A stretch of 64,000 nucleotides of DNA from Octopus vulgaris (GCA_951406725.2 OX597824.1:41168001-41232000), one strand, 5' to 3'; numbered from the stretch's first letter, positions 42,202 through 57,170 are shown. The notes: generated by a model from the sequence alone, not told the origin. Numbers and translations are program-made.

Positions 42202-42578
42202 GGTATACACACATCTGTATATATGCGCATATATGAGTATACGTACGAATATGTATATATGTATACACACATCTACACGTACTTGTGAGTGTGTGTATAT
42301 ATATGTATATATATATTTGCTTATACATACGTAAGCGGACGAGTAAACACATATGCATTATGCATGCACACACGTACCCAAACATTTAGATACACATACA
42401 CGTACATTCATGTTTAGCTCAAAACGCACTTTGTGTGTTTGTATGTAGAATCTAACGTACATATTTACGTGAGCATGCATACCTGTATATGTGTATACCT
42501 GTATACCTACATCTGAATCTCTCTCTATATATGTATGTATGTACGTATGTTTGTGTGTGTATATATGTATAATTATAC

Positions 42579-42643
<65 letters not shown>

Positions 42644-42858
42644 CAAATATATTTGTATGTCTATGTGTATATATGTGTGTGTATGTGTATGTGTGTGTAT
42701 GTGTATGTGTGTGTGTAAGGCACTCATGCTACCATACATAACACTGACAGGTCCAGCAATTTATAGTGTGTATAGACATCGATATGCATGGACATGCAGA
42801 TCGATGTCGCTAATCTCACTTTTATGGACATACATTTAAACAAACAAGCATACATACA

Positions 42859-42918
<60 letters not shown>

Positions 42919-42929
42919 TACGCACATAC

Positions 42930-42960
<31 letters not shown>

Positions 42961-43100
42961 TTATTTATATACACATTTACACACATATATATATGTATAT
43001 ATATATACATACATATGGATCTATGCATACATATATATCTATATACGTATACATATATACATACATATGTATATATATATATATATGTATATATATATAC

Positions 43101-43147
<47 letters not shown>

Positions 43148-43232
43148 CACATATATATATATATACATATGTATGTATATATGTATACGTATATAGATAT
43201 ACATGTATGCATAGATCCATATATATGTATAT

Positions 43233-43265
<33 letters not shown>

Positions 43266-43300
43266 TATACATGCATATATGTATGCGCACATCTATTTAT

Positions 43301-43331
<31 letters not shown>

Positions 43332-43997
43332 CATATATGTATATATGTGCATATATATGTGTGAGTATATATATGTGTGTGTATGTATATATATATGTAT
43401 ATACACTACACACACACACACACACACACAAACATACAAACACATACGTATGCATCAATGTATGAATCTGAGTGAGAGAATCGGAGAGAGAGAGAAAGAG
43501 AAAGAGAGAGAGAGAGAATGCATAATGTGTGTTGACATACACACACATAAATACACACATACACACATATAAATACATGCATACATACTTGCATGCATAC
43601 ATACATAACTTCATACACATATCCATACAGAGAGGGAACTACTTATCTAGATGTAGTCATAAATCTTTCTACCGTGTTGTCTTAATCCCGCGAATGGTGG
43701 TGGCGGCGGCGGTGGCGGCGGTGGCGGTGGTGGTGTTGATGGTGATGGTAGCAATATAGGAATGCTTGTTATTGATTCGTGGCCATCATCATCATCATCA
43801 CCACCACAATCATTATTAATAAGAACTGCAAGTAGCCGAAGCTGAAGCTGAAGCAACAACAACAGCAACAGCAACAACAACAATAACGACGACGACGAAG
43901 GACAATAACTTTGACAATGAAAACGGGCAATGAAAAACAACGGTAAGAATAAGATTAGTAAATATATAGCTATAATAACAACGGAGACAAAACCTAA

Positions 43998-45450
43998 CAC
44001 CAGCACCAGCATCACCAGCACCAGCATCACCAGCACCAGCATCACCAGCATCAGCATCACCAGCACCAGCATCACCAGCACCAGCATCAGCATCACCAGC
44101 ATCACTAGCACCAGCATCACCAGCATCACCAGCACCAGCATCACCAGCATCACCAGCATCACAAGCACCAGCATCACCAGCATCACCAGCATCACCAGCA
44201 CCAGCATCACCAGCACCAGCATCACCAGCACCAGCATCACCAGCACCAGCATCACCAGCATCACCAGCACCAGCATCACCAGCACCAGCATCACCAGCAC
44301 CAGCATCACCAGCATCACCAGCATCACCAGCACCAGCATCAGCACCAGCATCACCAGCACCAGCATCACCAGCACCAGCATCACCAGCACCAGCATCACC
44401 AGCATCACCAGCATCACCAGCTCCAGCATCACCAGCACCAGCATCACCAGCACCAGCATCACCAGCATCACCAGCATCACCAGCTCCAGCATCACCAGCA
44501 CCAGCATCACCAGCACCAGCATCACCAGCATCACCAGCACCAGCATCACCAGCACCAGCATCACCAGCACCAGCATCACCAGCACCAGCATCACCAGCAC
44601 CAGCATCACCAGCACCAGCATCACCAGCACCAGCATCACCAGCATCACCAGCATCACCAGCTCCAGCATCACCAGCATCACCAGCATCACCAGCACCAGC
44701 ATCACCAGCACCAGCATCACCAGCACCAGCATCACCAGCACCAGCATCACCAGCACCAGCATCACCAGCATCACCAGCATCACCAGCACCAGCATCACCA
44801 GCAGCATCACCAGCACCAGCATCACCAGCATCACATCACCAGCACCAGCATCACCAGCATCACCAGCATCACCAGCTCCAGCATCACCAGCACCAGCATC
44901 ACCAGCATCACCAGCATCACCAGCTCCAGCATCACCAGCACCAGCATCACCAGCATCACCAGCACCAGCATCACCAGCACCAGCATCACCAGCTCCAGCA
45001 TCACCAGCACCAGCATCACCAGCACCAGCATCACCAGCACCAGCATCACCAGCATCACCAGCTCCAGCATCACCAGCATCACCAGCATCACCAGCACCAG
45101 CATCACCAGCACCAGCATCACCAGCACCAGCATCACCAGCACCAGCATCACCAGCATCACCAGCATCACCAGCACCAGCATCACCAGCACCAGCATCACC
45201 AGCACCAGCATCACCAGCATCACCAGCACCAGCATCACCAGCATCACCAGCATCACCAGCTCCAGCATCACCAGCACCAGCATCACCAGCATCACCAGCA
45301 TCACCAGCTCCAGCATCACCAGCACCAGCATCACCAGCACCAGCATCACCAGCATCACCATCACCAGCATCACCAGCACCAGCATCACCAGCACCAGCAT
45401 CACCAGCATCACCAGCACCAGCAACACCAGCACCAGCATCAGCACCAACA
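43998..45450. repeat. ~1.45-kb CAG/CAT/CAC mosaic minisatellite (units ACCAGCATC, ACCAGC, TCCAGC)
   Basis: Read directly; one phase shift near 44832. Confidence 0.95.
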
Positions 45451-45655
45451 ACAACAAAGGTAGAAGCAGCAGCAGCAGCAGCAACAACAACGAAAAGAAC
45501 AATTGCAATGATGACAATAACAACAACAACTACGACGATGTCATTAATAACAGCAACAACAGCGAAAATCGATAACGACAAATTAGCCAATCAGCATTAT
45601 TTGACTGGGAGAGCTGTGTATATGCATGCGTATGTGCGTGCTTTATATGTGTGCG

Positions 45656-45706
<51 letters not shown>

Positions 45707-45856
45707 GTGTGTGCCTGTATATATGTATAGATGGGTGGCTTGCTGGATGGATGTATACGTATGTATTGGATATATGTGCGTGTGTAAGTTGGACTGTGGA
45801 TGCTGGCATGTATAGCTGTAAGTCTGTCGTGTTAGGTGAAAAGATCTCCCGCGCGC

Positions 45857-45898
<42 letters not shown>

Positions 45899-46022
45899 CA
45901 AAACTACGAAAGGGCGTACATATAGAATGTATTTAGCTTTGAGGCTCAGTGAAAATGGCAAGAAAGAGTGGGCATATGCGTGGCTTTTTCCCGCATTCAG
46001 CACACACGCGCAGACGCATATA

Positions 46023-46102
<80 letters not shown>

Positions 46103-46114
46103 TGTATGTATAAT

Positions 46115-46278
46115 GGGCGTAGGAGTGGCTGTGTGGTAAGTAGCTTGCTTACCAACTACATGGTTCCGGGTTCAGTCCCACTGCGTGCCATCGTGGGCAA
46201 GTGTCTTCTACTATAGCCACGGGTCGACCAAAGCCTTGTGAGTGGATTTGGTAGACGGAAACTGAAAGAAACCCGTCG

Positions 46279-46281
<3 letters not shown>
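46115..46281 (+). mobile_element. SINE family A, 5' half
   Basis: GGCGTAGGAGTGGCTGTGTGGTAAG...GAAACCCGTCGTA then (TA)n. Confidence 0.85.
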
Positions 46282-46319
<38 letters not shown>

Positions 46320-46530
46320 ACTCATACATACGTGTGCGCGTGTATGCTGAGTATGGGGAAAACCCACGCATACTCTATAGGTGGTGGCGGCCTTGGATTG
46401 AAAGCGAGAGGGTAAAATGGATGTTTAGTGATACTAGTGACCGAATGTCGATGATGATGATGATAATGGTGCCGACGAAGACGATAATGGTAAAGGGGGC
46501 GAGGAGGAGGAGAAGGAGTAGAAGGCATTG

Positions 46531-46631
<101 letters not shown>

Positions 46632-46789
46632 TGAAGAAATGGCTAAAAAGAAAAAAACAAAAGGAAAAAATAGTAAGGTGTTGGGAGTCCAGTTTCACGT
46701 AGAAAATTCTCTTCTTGAATATTGCACTTCTCTCTAAGTTGGCTGGCTGGTTGGTCGGCTGGTTTGTTGGCTGGTTGTTGTATTTTTTA

Positions 46790-47182
46790 ATTCTTTTACT
46801 TGTTTCACTCATTTGACTGCAGTCATGCTGGAGCATCGACTTGAAAGTTTCTGCCGAACAAATCAACCCCTAGTACTTATTCTATCGTTCTCTTTGCCAA
46901 ACCGCTAGTTTAAAGGACGTAAACACACTAACATCGGTTGTCAAGCGGTGATAGTGGGACAAACACAGTCACAAAGACACACACACAAACACACTCATAC
47001 ACACACAAACACACACACACAATGGGCTTCTTTCAGTTTCCGTCTATCAGATCCATTCACAAGGCTTCGGTCAGTCCGAGGCTATAGTAGAAGACACCTG
47101 CCCAGGTACCACACAGTGGGACTGAACACGGAACCATGTGGTTGGGAAGCATGCTTCTTACTACACAGCCACGCCTGCGCCT
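46790..47182 (-). mobile_element. SINE family A
   Basis: Reverse-complement homology; further fragments at 47484-47650 and 47840-47890. Confidence 0.8.
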
Positions 47183-47678
47183 ATGCAGTTTAGTCATCAT
47201 AGAGAAGACGCTGCGTTCCAACCATGATCAAAAGCGTGTCTACCATGACTATCACTAAAAAATGCAGGCTCATATATATTGTATATCTATTTTGTGTATA
47301 TGAATTCGTATAGTTTGCATTTCAGCCCAAAGGCTTGTGTTATCTCGGCCGGTACTTGAACCCAGGATGTTTCGCACCATAAGCTAAAACCATACCCCTA
47401 CCCCAGCAAGTCAACAGTCTGATGTATCATAGAGTCTATTCTTTCATTCTTTTTTTAATTCTTTCTAATCCTTGAAATTTTTTCTATCAGTCTCTTTTGC
47501 CGAACCGCTAGATAACGAGGACGTAAACACACACACACACACACACACACACGACGGTTTCCGTCTACCAAATCCACTCACAAGGCTTTGATCGGCTCGA
47601 GACTATAGTAGAAGACACTTGCCCAAGGTACCACGCAGTGGGACTAAATCTGGTATAATGTGATAGATAGATAAATAA

Positions 47679-47715
<37 letters not shown>

Positions 47716-48270
47716 AATAGTCAGATAGATAATCAGATAGGGAGAGAGACGGACTGACAAAGTAGAAGATTGAGTAAAAGAGACAGCAAGCCAGAAAGAT
47801 AGACAAATAGACTGAAAGATAGATAGATAGATTATTTTATTTCTTTCAATCATTTGACTGCGGCTATGCTGGAGCACCGCCTTTAGTCAGACAGATAGAT
47901 TGATAAATAAATTCACGGAGAGAGAAAGTGAGAAATTTAAAGAGAGAGACAGAGAGAAAGCGTCGGAGAGAGACACAGGCATATAAAAAGATAGAAGGAT
48001 AAAAATAAAAATAAATAGCTAAATGAAAATTGCAACAAAAATGCAGAAGATGCAGATGGTCTGTCACCGTAAGATGTCGCGAAGGGGGTGGGTTAAAGTG
48101 AATATTTATGGTCAAATCATCCCCGGTTGTTAGAAAAAAAAAATATAATAAAAAATGAATTTCAAACATCTACAATGGTTTATTTTAGTTCTATTCTGTT
48201 TGATTGTCTACGTTCCCTTCGTAAGCAAAGAAAGAATGGCATACGAAAATAATGAACACAACCATCCATC

Positions 48271-48347
<77 letters not shown>

Positions 48348-48399
48348 ACGTACATGCATATACACATACACAAACACACACGCACACACGAATATATGT

Positions 48400-48601
48400 T
48401 GATTCGCTAGCTTCTGCACGCATTTTTTTTCTCTCCTTGTTTCTCTCCGTGTTTCTTTTCTGTGTATCTTTTCTGTTGTAGAGCGTAGACTCGAAACGTA
48501 AAAGACTTGTTTTATTTATATTCCTGAGCGCCATACTAATACAATTGTTTGTTTGTATTCCACCTGCCTTCGTCTTTTGTTTATTTTCATAAAGCTTCCC
48601 G
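48400..48601 (+). mobile_element. Hammerhead mini-element variant, degenerate core
   Basis: CTTTT-CTGTTGT-A-GAGC-GTAG-ACTC-GAAA-CG-TA-AAAG; shared CCTGAGCGCC...TAATAC...TTGT motif downstream. Confidence 0.55.
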
Positions 48602-48670
<69 letters not shown>

Positions 48671-48684
48671 TATACACACATACA

Positions 48685-48715
<31 letters not shown>

Positions 48716-49868
48716 GTTTATCGTCAGCATGGAAAATTCGTTCCAACACTAATCTTGCTAATTCCAACCCATCATACAATCATAATAATAGGAATAGTAT
48801 TAATAGTAACAGTATTGGTAGCAGCGAAAGTGTTAACAATGATAATATTAATAATAGTATTAGTCGTGTTAATAACAATGGTAGTGTTGATGGTAACAAC
48901 AATAATGGTATTATTGTCGGGGGTATTACTGGTTGTATTACCATTAATAATACTACTAATAATAGAAATAGTGTAGTTGGTGGCGCTAATAATAATAGTA
49001 ACAACAATCATAACAATAAAAACTTCGTTTCGATCTCGGAGGACAACCCCAACAGAATTAAATTTTTGTCTAGTAATTCTAAGATTAAGAATTCTATTTA
49101 CCAGTGTAGAATTTCTTCCGGTACTGATGTCTTCTTCTATATAGGAGCTTCCACTTCCCAGTTATCCAAGAGAATTTCAAACCATTATTCAACATTCAGG
49201 GATAGTAAAAAACGACATAGTACAGGGCTAAGTAAATTAGTTTGCCGTCTTAAAGACAACAATATACATTTCAAGTTAGATTGGTTCATACTGTCTGTAT
49301 CCTTTCCTTTTGATAAGGGCAGGAGATTTTGTAACATTTGCAACTCTGAACTCTTCCATATTCTCTTCTCTAAGGTTCCCCTAGTAAACACACTCATAGA
49401 AAAATCATACAAATGTAAACAGTGGCAGAAATATACTTTCTATTCATATAAATGATAACGTTAGTCACTGGGGTTTGAACAATTAGCTTTACGTCCACCC
49501 CACTTCTATAGCGAAATTCTTTCCTAAGCCTTCGAACATTCTTTCAATCAACGTACCCTTCCCTCTCCACTTGTTCCCTACCTATTATTCCTTTAACCCT
49601 TCTCTTCCTACTATCTATCTTTGACGTCAATTCTTCTAACAGTTTTTTTTTTAAAAACACTCATTATCGTTTTGTTTACCATGTAGGCAGTCATCGAAAT
49701 TTTTGTTTGTCTTGTTGTCGAGAGAGGCTCCCTTTCTTTCCTGATGAGAAGATTGCATAATGCACCCTTTATTCCTTTGGAATGAAAACATGTTGTCTTC
49801 GAAACATATGTCGAGAGTAAAGGAATTTTGTTAACATCTTCGTTCGACTCCATTCTTTCATTTATTCA
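48716..49868 (+). mobile_element. 5'-truncated Penelope-like element: Asn-rich linker, GIY-YIG endonuclease, 3' region with hammerhead; flanked by (TA)n
   Basis: NSIYQC...FYIGASTSQLSKRISNH...STGLSKLV...FCNICNSELFHI...LVN...CKQW, stop at 49453-49455. Confidence 0.85.
49736..49817 (+). ncRNA. Type I hammerhead ribozyme with extended stem II
   Basis: CTTTC-CTGATGA-GAAGA...TCTTC-GAAA-CATATG-TC-GAGAG; GUC cleavage after 49812; ~280 nt downstream of the GIY-YIG stop. Confidence 0.85.
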
Positions 49869-49919
49869 TATATATATATATATATTTTCTAGTTTCAGCG
49901 CAGAGCTGCGGCAATGCTG

Positions 49920-49951
<32 letters not shown>

Positions 49952-50407
49952 GACCTATGAGTATTCGCTTTTCATACGAAAAAAAGCTGCGCGAATTGGT
50001 TCCATACTTGGGGTGCAAGAATAATTTGACCTCGGGATACATAATAGGGTCTTCATTTTATTTTTTTTTATAAAAGATAAATAATATTACTTTATATATA
50101 TGATTCACTTTTTAAAAAAGGTTTTTCAGTGTCAAAATTTTACTGAAATTAACGAACAAAACCAGCTGTTCATTTTAGCCTTTCTGCAGGTTCAACCGAA
50201 AGAATGCCAAAATATGTGACTGAAACGAACATTTATCAGCAAATGAACGACGGCAGACTATATCATTAAAAAATTATTAGAATCAAGACCCGGAGGCGGT
50301 CTTTCTGCTAGTGTATAGTAGAAAATCTTTGGCACAGAATTATATATTTGAAAAAATGAATAGAAATGTTACATATCAGCAGAAGAGAAAGTGAAAGGTG
50401 TATGTAC

Positions 50408-50438
<31 letters not shown>

Positions 50439-50981
50439 GGGCAGAGAGAGAGGGGCAGAGAGAGAGAGAGAGAGAATGAATGAAGGGTTGTGTTGTCACG
50501 TATACGGACATACATCAATACATATGCGTACTTCTTTTTTGTATGTATGTGTGCATGTGTGTGTGTGTGTGAGAGAGAGTGAGGGAGTAAACGTGTGTGT
50601 TCTCATGTATGTGTAAGTGGCGCGCTCTCTCTCTCTCTCCCTCTCTCACACACACGTCTATTTCATATACAGGTTCATACAACTTTCACTTTCTCCTCTC
50701 TCTCAATTTAAAACAAAAATAACAGGTGATTTTCAGGATGAAAATTGTTTAAATAAATGCTTCTGCTCATGTAAATTGATTACTGTTTTTTGGATAGTTC
50801 CAATTAAATAAGTCCAGCAGTTAGGTTAAATATATAGACATGCATAAGTATCATGAATTCCCATTCTACAAACTGGCAAACAATTCCGTGAATAGTTCAC
50901 TGGGCAACACTGGGTAGTAAGTAATACACCTGTTTGTTGTTTATGCACCTGTCTTCGTCTTTTGTTTTTTGTAAATTCGAA

Positions 50982-51027
<46 letters not shown>

Positions 51028-51029
<2 letters not shown>

Positions 51030-51910
51030 GGTGCGATGGGTAAATTATCACCATTTTATATTTTTAATTTTGCGCATGAGCATTGTTTGTTTTTTATTTT
51101 GTCGACTACACAGTATAATAGGGTTAGTTGGGCACCGTCTATGAGAAAATCAGCACCGTGACGCAATTCACTCTGCCCGAAATTTGGAAACAACATCCTG
51201 TACTGCTTGGCATTCGATCCGGAAGTTCCAATATGAACATTTCAGAGTGTTTGGGTGTCAATCTGAGGACAATGCATTCTGAGAACATGTACCGACTGTG
51301 ATAAAAATCAAACACCCAGTCAACATCATGGTGTTTGGAGTGATCACTAGTGATGGCGACGTTATGCCCCCGTTCTTTTTCTCACTCGGCTTCAGACTCA
51401 ACACGGAGGCCTATACCTAGTTCCTGGAGGAGATAGTGCTGCTCTGGATCAAGAGGGTGGCTCCTGGAAGACCCTATGTCTGGCAACAGGACTCTGCACC
51501 ATGCCACACAAGCAGGAGAACTCAGTGATGGCTATCAGACAATTTCTGCGACTACATCACTCCTATCATCTGGCTACCTATCTCCCCAGACTGCAACCCC
51601 CTTGATTATTATGTGTGGAGCGTAGTTGAGCGAGAGACCAACAAAACTCATTGTAACATCAAAGATGAACTGAAGGTAAGGATTATGGCAGCATTCACCA
51701 ACTTAAAGAGACCGTCCAGAAGAATTGCAGGAGATTCCGAAGTTGTCTGGAAGCCGTGTTTGAAGTCAATGGCGATTTTACTGAATAAATTTACTGTTTA
51801 GTATTTCAAGTTATTTTTATGTAATTTTGATAAATATATCAATTAAAATGAGATGTCAGTGTTATTTTCATTTTTGCATAATTTAGACGATAATATATTC
51901 ATTGCACCCT
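51028..51910 (+). mobile_element. Tc1/mariner-superfamily DD37D (maT) transposon, internally deleted, with stops
   Basis: Imperfect TIR AGGGTGCGATGGGTAAATTATC / rc AGGGTGCAATGAATATATTATC; VMPPFFF...YVWQQDSAPCH...SPDCNPLDYYVWS with 37 residues between the Asp residues. Confidence 0.85.
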
Positions 51911-52765
51911 TTATACATATATAATAAACGCGAAATTCTGTCTGTCCGTACGAGACCCCTCTATTTCAGTCTATATTTGCTCTATGTCGACATATTATCA
52001 TATTATACCTTTTTGGGATCAGAATGATCCCGATATTAAAAGTCTGTTCTTCGTTTGGTTCTTGAATGCTAAATGTTGAAAATTCAAAATTTAAAACTCT
52101 AAACATTTGTGAACTTAACTTACAAGATTTTCATTTAAACTGAATTTAAATTAAACAAGTCTTTCATTTAAACTGAATTTAAATTAATACCAACACCTTG
52201 CCCCATCAGACTTAACCAAGGAGCCAAACAACAACAAAAATAATTCACACACGCACCTTTGGATCCCCCTCTCTCTATTTCTCTTATTCTCACACTCTGT
52301 ATCTTTATCTCTATATCTCTCTAAACATTCACATGTTTATCAAATGTATATAATGACATTTCCATATAATTCCTGTATTTTTTTTCTAAAAAAATACTTA
52401 TCACCTGATTTAAATTCGCACTCGTTAATTTATATACACGCTACTTCACTTCATTTTACGCTCTCTTCTCTTCTCTTCTCTATGTCTACACATTTCTTTC
52501 TGTCTTTCTATCTTTTCTCGTTTTTCTTGTTTGTTTGTTTCGCTCTCTCCCTCACACACGTACACGGTCTCTTCGTTTCCCACTCTTACACATTTATCGC
52601 TTGATATCTCACACCTTCACGTCTCACCTTCTCAATACGCTCCATTCCACCATGCATCTATTACGTCACTAAATTTACACCTCGATCTCTGCCAATGCTT
52701 GCCTTCTTGTCTGCCTGTATCTTTGCTAATTTCTTCTTATACATACCTGCATACATACATATATT

Positions 52766-52837
<72 letters not shown>

Positions 52838-52919
52838 CCTACCTACCTACCTACCTACCTACCTACCTACCTACCTACCTACCTACCTACCTACCTACCT
52901 ACCTACCTACCTACCTACC

Positions 52920-53007
<88 letters not shown>

Positions 53008-53244
53008 CCTACCTACCTACCTATCTATCTATCTACCTCACTCTCGTTCGTACATCAATCACGTGACTATATTTGCACCTCGTCCTCCCCCTACTTGCCT
53101 ACATGATCCTTTTAGTCTCATCTCTCCCCGTCACGCACTTATCATACAACAATATCTGATATTCCTCCTTCATTATCTCTTAGCAAAAACATTTTCTATA
53201 ATAATTGCTTCCTCTTTCCCCTCTCTCATTTCGTATATATATAT

Positions 53245-53291
<47 letters not shown>

Positions 53292-53390
53292 GTATGCTCG
53301 GTGTGCGCGCGCGTGTGTATGTGTTTGTAAATATACATACACACGCACATATATATACATACATAAATATATATACATATTTCTATTTAT

Positions 53391-53427
<37 letters not shown>

Positions 53428-53812
53428 TATATGTATATACAGGTATATATATATATATGCACATATATGCAGTAATATTTATATGTGAATATATGACTGG
53501 TATATATATATGTTATGTGAGTGTGTGAGTAGATGTGTATGTGTGTATGTTTGTGTGTGTGCGTGTGTGCGTGTGTGTGTGTCTGTGTGTTTATAAATAC
53601 GTAGCTAATATTTTCATTAACTTTTTTTTTACTCTGTTTGACATCTCTCAGTCTCTGAAATATCGTAGCTATCTCATAATTGCATTATACATTTCTCTTG
53701 TGGATTCTTAGAAATTCCTTGAAAGGGGAAAATAAATAAATAAATAAATAAATAAATACATAAATGAATATAATGTTACAACCACGTGGACGATCACAAA
53801 GACGATGAAAAC

Positions 53813-53842
53813 AAGAAGAAGAAGAAGAAGAAGAAGAAGAAG

Positions 53843-53876
<34 letters not shown>

Positions 53877-53880
53877 GCAA

Positions 53881-53911
<31 letters not shown>

Positions 53912-53927
53912 GACGACGACGACGACG

Positions 53928-54001
<74 letters not shown>

Positions 54002-54010
54002 AACAATAAC

Positions 54011-54052
<42 letters not shown>
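53813..54052. repeat. Compound (GAA)(AAC)(GAC)(AAT) trinucleotide microsatellite
   Basis: Read directly. Confidence 0.95.
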
Positions 54053-54054
<2 letters not shown>

Positions 54055-54786
54055 AATAATACTGTTTTGAAATATTGAATCTCGAAGCACACATAACTTT
54101 GGGTTGAAAAATTCTTATAGATAGAAAAAGCCGAAGGCTGTCCAAGGATTTTCAACCCAATATTTAAATGCTTTTTTTTATTTATAGCTTTATGTAAGCT
54201 TCGAGATCCATTATCCCCCCAAAAGAATTATTTCACATTCGCTCGAAAGTTTATAAAATTCTTGTGACGTCAACAGCAACACTAGCCGCTACTACAAAAC
54301 ATCCTACATCTCCACAGAAAAAAAGAGAAAACAAAAGAAAGCAATACTACACAGAAGGACATTTGGTTATAATATTTTGATGTCATAACTTTTCTTTCAT
54401 TTTGTCTTGTTTAATCATTCTTGTTATTATATCGTTTCTTAAAGATATGCATCCATCCACTTGATGCACTCGTCTCGACGGCAATGAACCAACGAGGAAG
54501 CTCAGTGTACGCTGTCGCTTGACTTGCTACGAAAAAAAACCCAGTCAAACTTCCCTTAAATCACGTCTGAGCGCATTAAAATAAAAGGCGGTGGTAGTGC
54601 TGATGGTGGTAGTAGGGTGGAGAGACACAGTGGTGGATAATGTAACCGCAGATGTTACATGCAGAATGTCTGAAAATAAAAGACAAAATGGCGATGGCTG
54701 GAGATGTCTTGATCGTAGGTGTGGTCAATTAGGTCTAATCGCAAGGGTGGTGGTGGTCTAAAACAACAAAGACAACAGCCGCAACA

Positions 54787-55280
54787 GTGGAGGCGCAATG
54801 GCCCAGTGGTTAGGGCAGCGGACTCACGGTCGTAAGAATGCGGTTTCGATTCCCTGACCGGGCATTGTGAGTGTTTATTGAGCAAAAACACCTAAGCTCC
54901 ACGAGGCTCCGGCGAGTGGTGGTAGTGAACCCCGCTGTACTCTTTCACCACAACTTTCTCTCACCCTTTCTTCCTACTTCTGCCACAAAGCAGAAGAACC
55001 ATGGTGTAACCCGCTATGGTGTGGTAAACTTTCAGACCCTAGTCTAGATTGCGAATCCTCTGTACCCCAGGATGGTTCAGCTCTCCACCCGTTAAAAGCC
55101 ACCGTTTACGGAATGAGCATAACAACGTAGCTTTTGCGCCCGTGCAACCGCCAGTCTATCGCGTGTGGTGGGTGGATCTTCAAGTTGCTACACGCACTCT
55201 TAGTAGCTTAGAGTAGGCTCGAATTAGAGATTATTCTTTGTGGCTAATGGCGTGAGTCCTGATTGGAAGAAGAAGAAGAA
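54787..55280 (+). mobile_element. SINE family C head with a third 3' region ending in (GAA)n
   Basis: Head as at 15258; unrelated downstream of ~54975; 3' limit inferred. Confidence 0.65.
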
Positions 55281-55619
55281 GACAGCAGCAACAACTATAA
55301 CGACAATGGCGTCATCGATTTATTGATCTCTTCTGAATATATGGCGCCGCATTTTATATTGATAACTCATGATATTCTACATTGGTAGAATCACTACAGC
55401 TCCGGACAAAATGCCTTCCCGTATTTGTCCCGTGTCCGTATGTTGTGTGTTCAAATCTATCCGAGTTCAGCTTAGTCTTTTATCCTTCCGGAGTCGATGT
55501 AGAAGTGACTGTTTCCGCCTCATCATATTTCTGGTTTTGTTTGGAGATCGTTGGGCAGTGAATTGATTGGGAGAATCGTTTGAGCATCGACCAAAATGGC
55601 TGGTGGTATTCAGTTTCAT

Positions 55620-55850
55620 ATTTCTTTACTGTCCACAAGGGGCTACACACAGAGGGGACAAACAAGACAGACAAACGGATTAAGTCGAATATATCGACTC
55701 CAGTGCGTAACTGGTACTTATTTAATCGACCTCAAAAGGATGAAAGGCAAAGTCGACCTCGGCGGAATTTGAACTCAGAATGTAAAGACAGACGAAATAC
55801 CAAGCATTTCGCCTGGCGTGCTAACGTTTCTGCTAGCTTACCGCCTTCAT
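55620..55850 (-). mobile_element. SINE family B; decayed copies also lie at ~55350-55520 and 55880-56810
   Basis: Reverse-complement homology; imperfect TSD ATTCAGTTTCA/ATTTAGTTTCA. Confidence 0.8.
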
Positions 55851-56929
55851 ATTTAGTTTCAGCTTTTATGAGTACATCATGAGTTAAAATTTCACCAAGG
55901 TCAGATTTTCATTCCTTCGGGTCGATAAAATAAAGCACCAAAATGCCTTGTGCTATTCAGTTGCACGTTTTACATCATGAGTTCATCTCCCGCTGAAGTC
56001 ATCTTCTCTTTTCTTTCTTCTGGGTGGGCTATTCATTTTCCTCTAAACTTTTGCTCCTATATCACTGTAAAAAAATTACTTAAGGCGGTGTGTTGGCAGA
56101 ATTGTTAGAGCATTGGACAAAACGCTTTGCGATGTTTAGTTCGGAGTTCAAATCATGTCGAGATCATCTATCTCTTTTATCCTCTGGAAATCATTAGAAA
56201 ATACAATTGAAATTGATATTATCAAGTAACTCCTTTCCACAAATTTCTGGCCTTGTACCTACGAGGTGTGTGTGTGTGTGTGTGTGTGTGGCTTTGGGTA
56301 AAAGAAAATACAAGAATATCAGTTATGATTTTATTCAATATAATTCCCTCTCAGATTCACACACTTATTGCAGCGGCCCTCTTTCTAAGCCCTATAAATG
56401 AATTCGGAAGGTTGGGCCTCTAACCAGGCCTTTCGCGACACCTTCAAAACCAGGAACGTTTCAGCTACCCCTCATATATTAGAAAAAGGGCGAACGATTG
56501 GCGGAACCCTTAGACTTTTACATCCTGAGTCCAAATTTCACGAAGGTCAACTTTGCCTTTCGTCCTTTCGAGGTCGGTTAAATAAAGTATCAGTCACGTG
56601 CAAAGTCGTGACTGATGGATTAGTCCTTTTCCTTCAGGACTGTTGGTTTTGTGTGCCTAAATCAGACATTATTGAGTTCAAATTCAGCTGCAAACAACTG
56701 TACCTCTCATCCTTTCAGAATCAAGAAAATAATGTACCTGTGAAGTACTGGGGTCGATGTTATAGATTTAACCTCTTTCCTGATAACTGCTGGCATGGTG
56801 CAAAGATTTTTAACAATTCTTCTTCTTCTTCTTCTTCTTCTTCTTCTTCTTCTTCTTCTTCTTCTTCTTCTTCTTCTTCTTCTTCTTCTTCTTCTTCTTC
56901 TTCTTCTTCTTCTTCTTCTTCTTCTTCTT

Positions 56930-57170
56930 CTTCCATTTCTCGCCGAGTGTTTTCTGTACACCTAGGGCAGAGAAGCTCATTGTATACATTCCCGGATTAC
57001 ACACGCAAATTCACAGGTAAAATATGTATCTAAAAAAATTAATAAATAAATAAATTCATGAATGGATGTTGTTTTCACAGCGACAATGCCCTTCTCAGTA
57101 CATGAGTCGTTCCAGTTAACACAATTTTTTGCACTTCCTGTAGGGATGGTAAGCCTGGTATCATTTTAAA
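56930..57170 (-). mobile_element. R4/Dong LINE 3' fragment, subfamily 1, ending in (GAA)n
   Basis: MIPGLPSLQEVQKIVLTGTTHVLRRALSL, nearly identical to the C-terminus at 58221; related 3' UTR. Confidence 0.85.
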
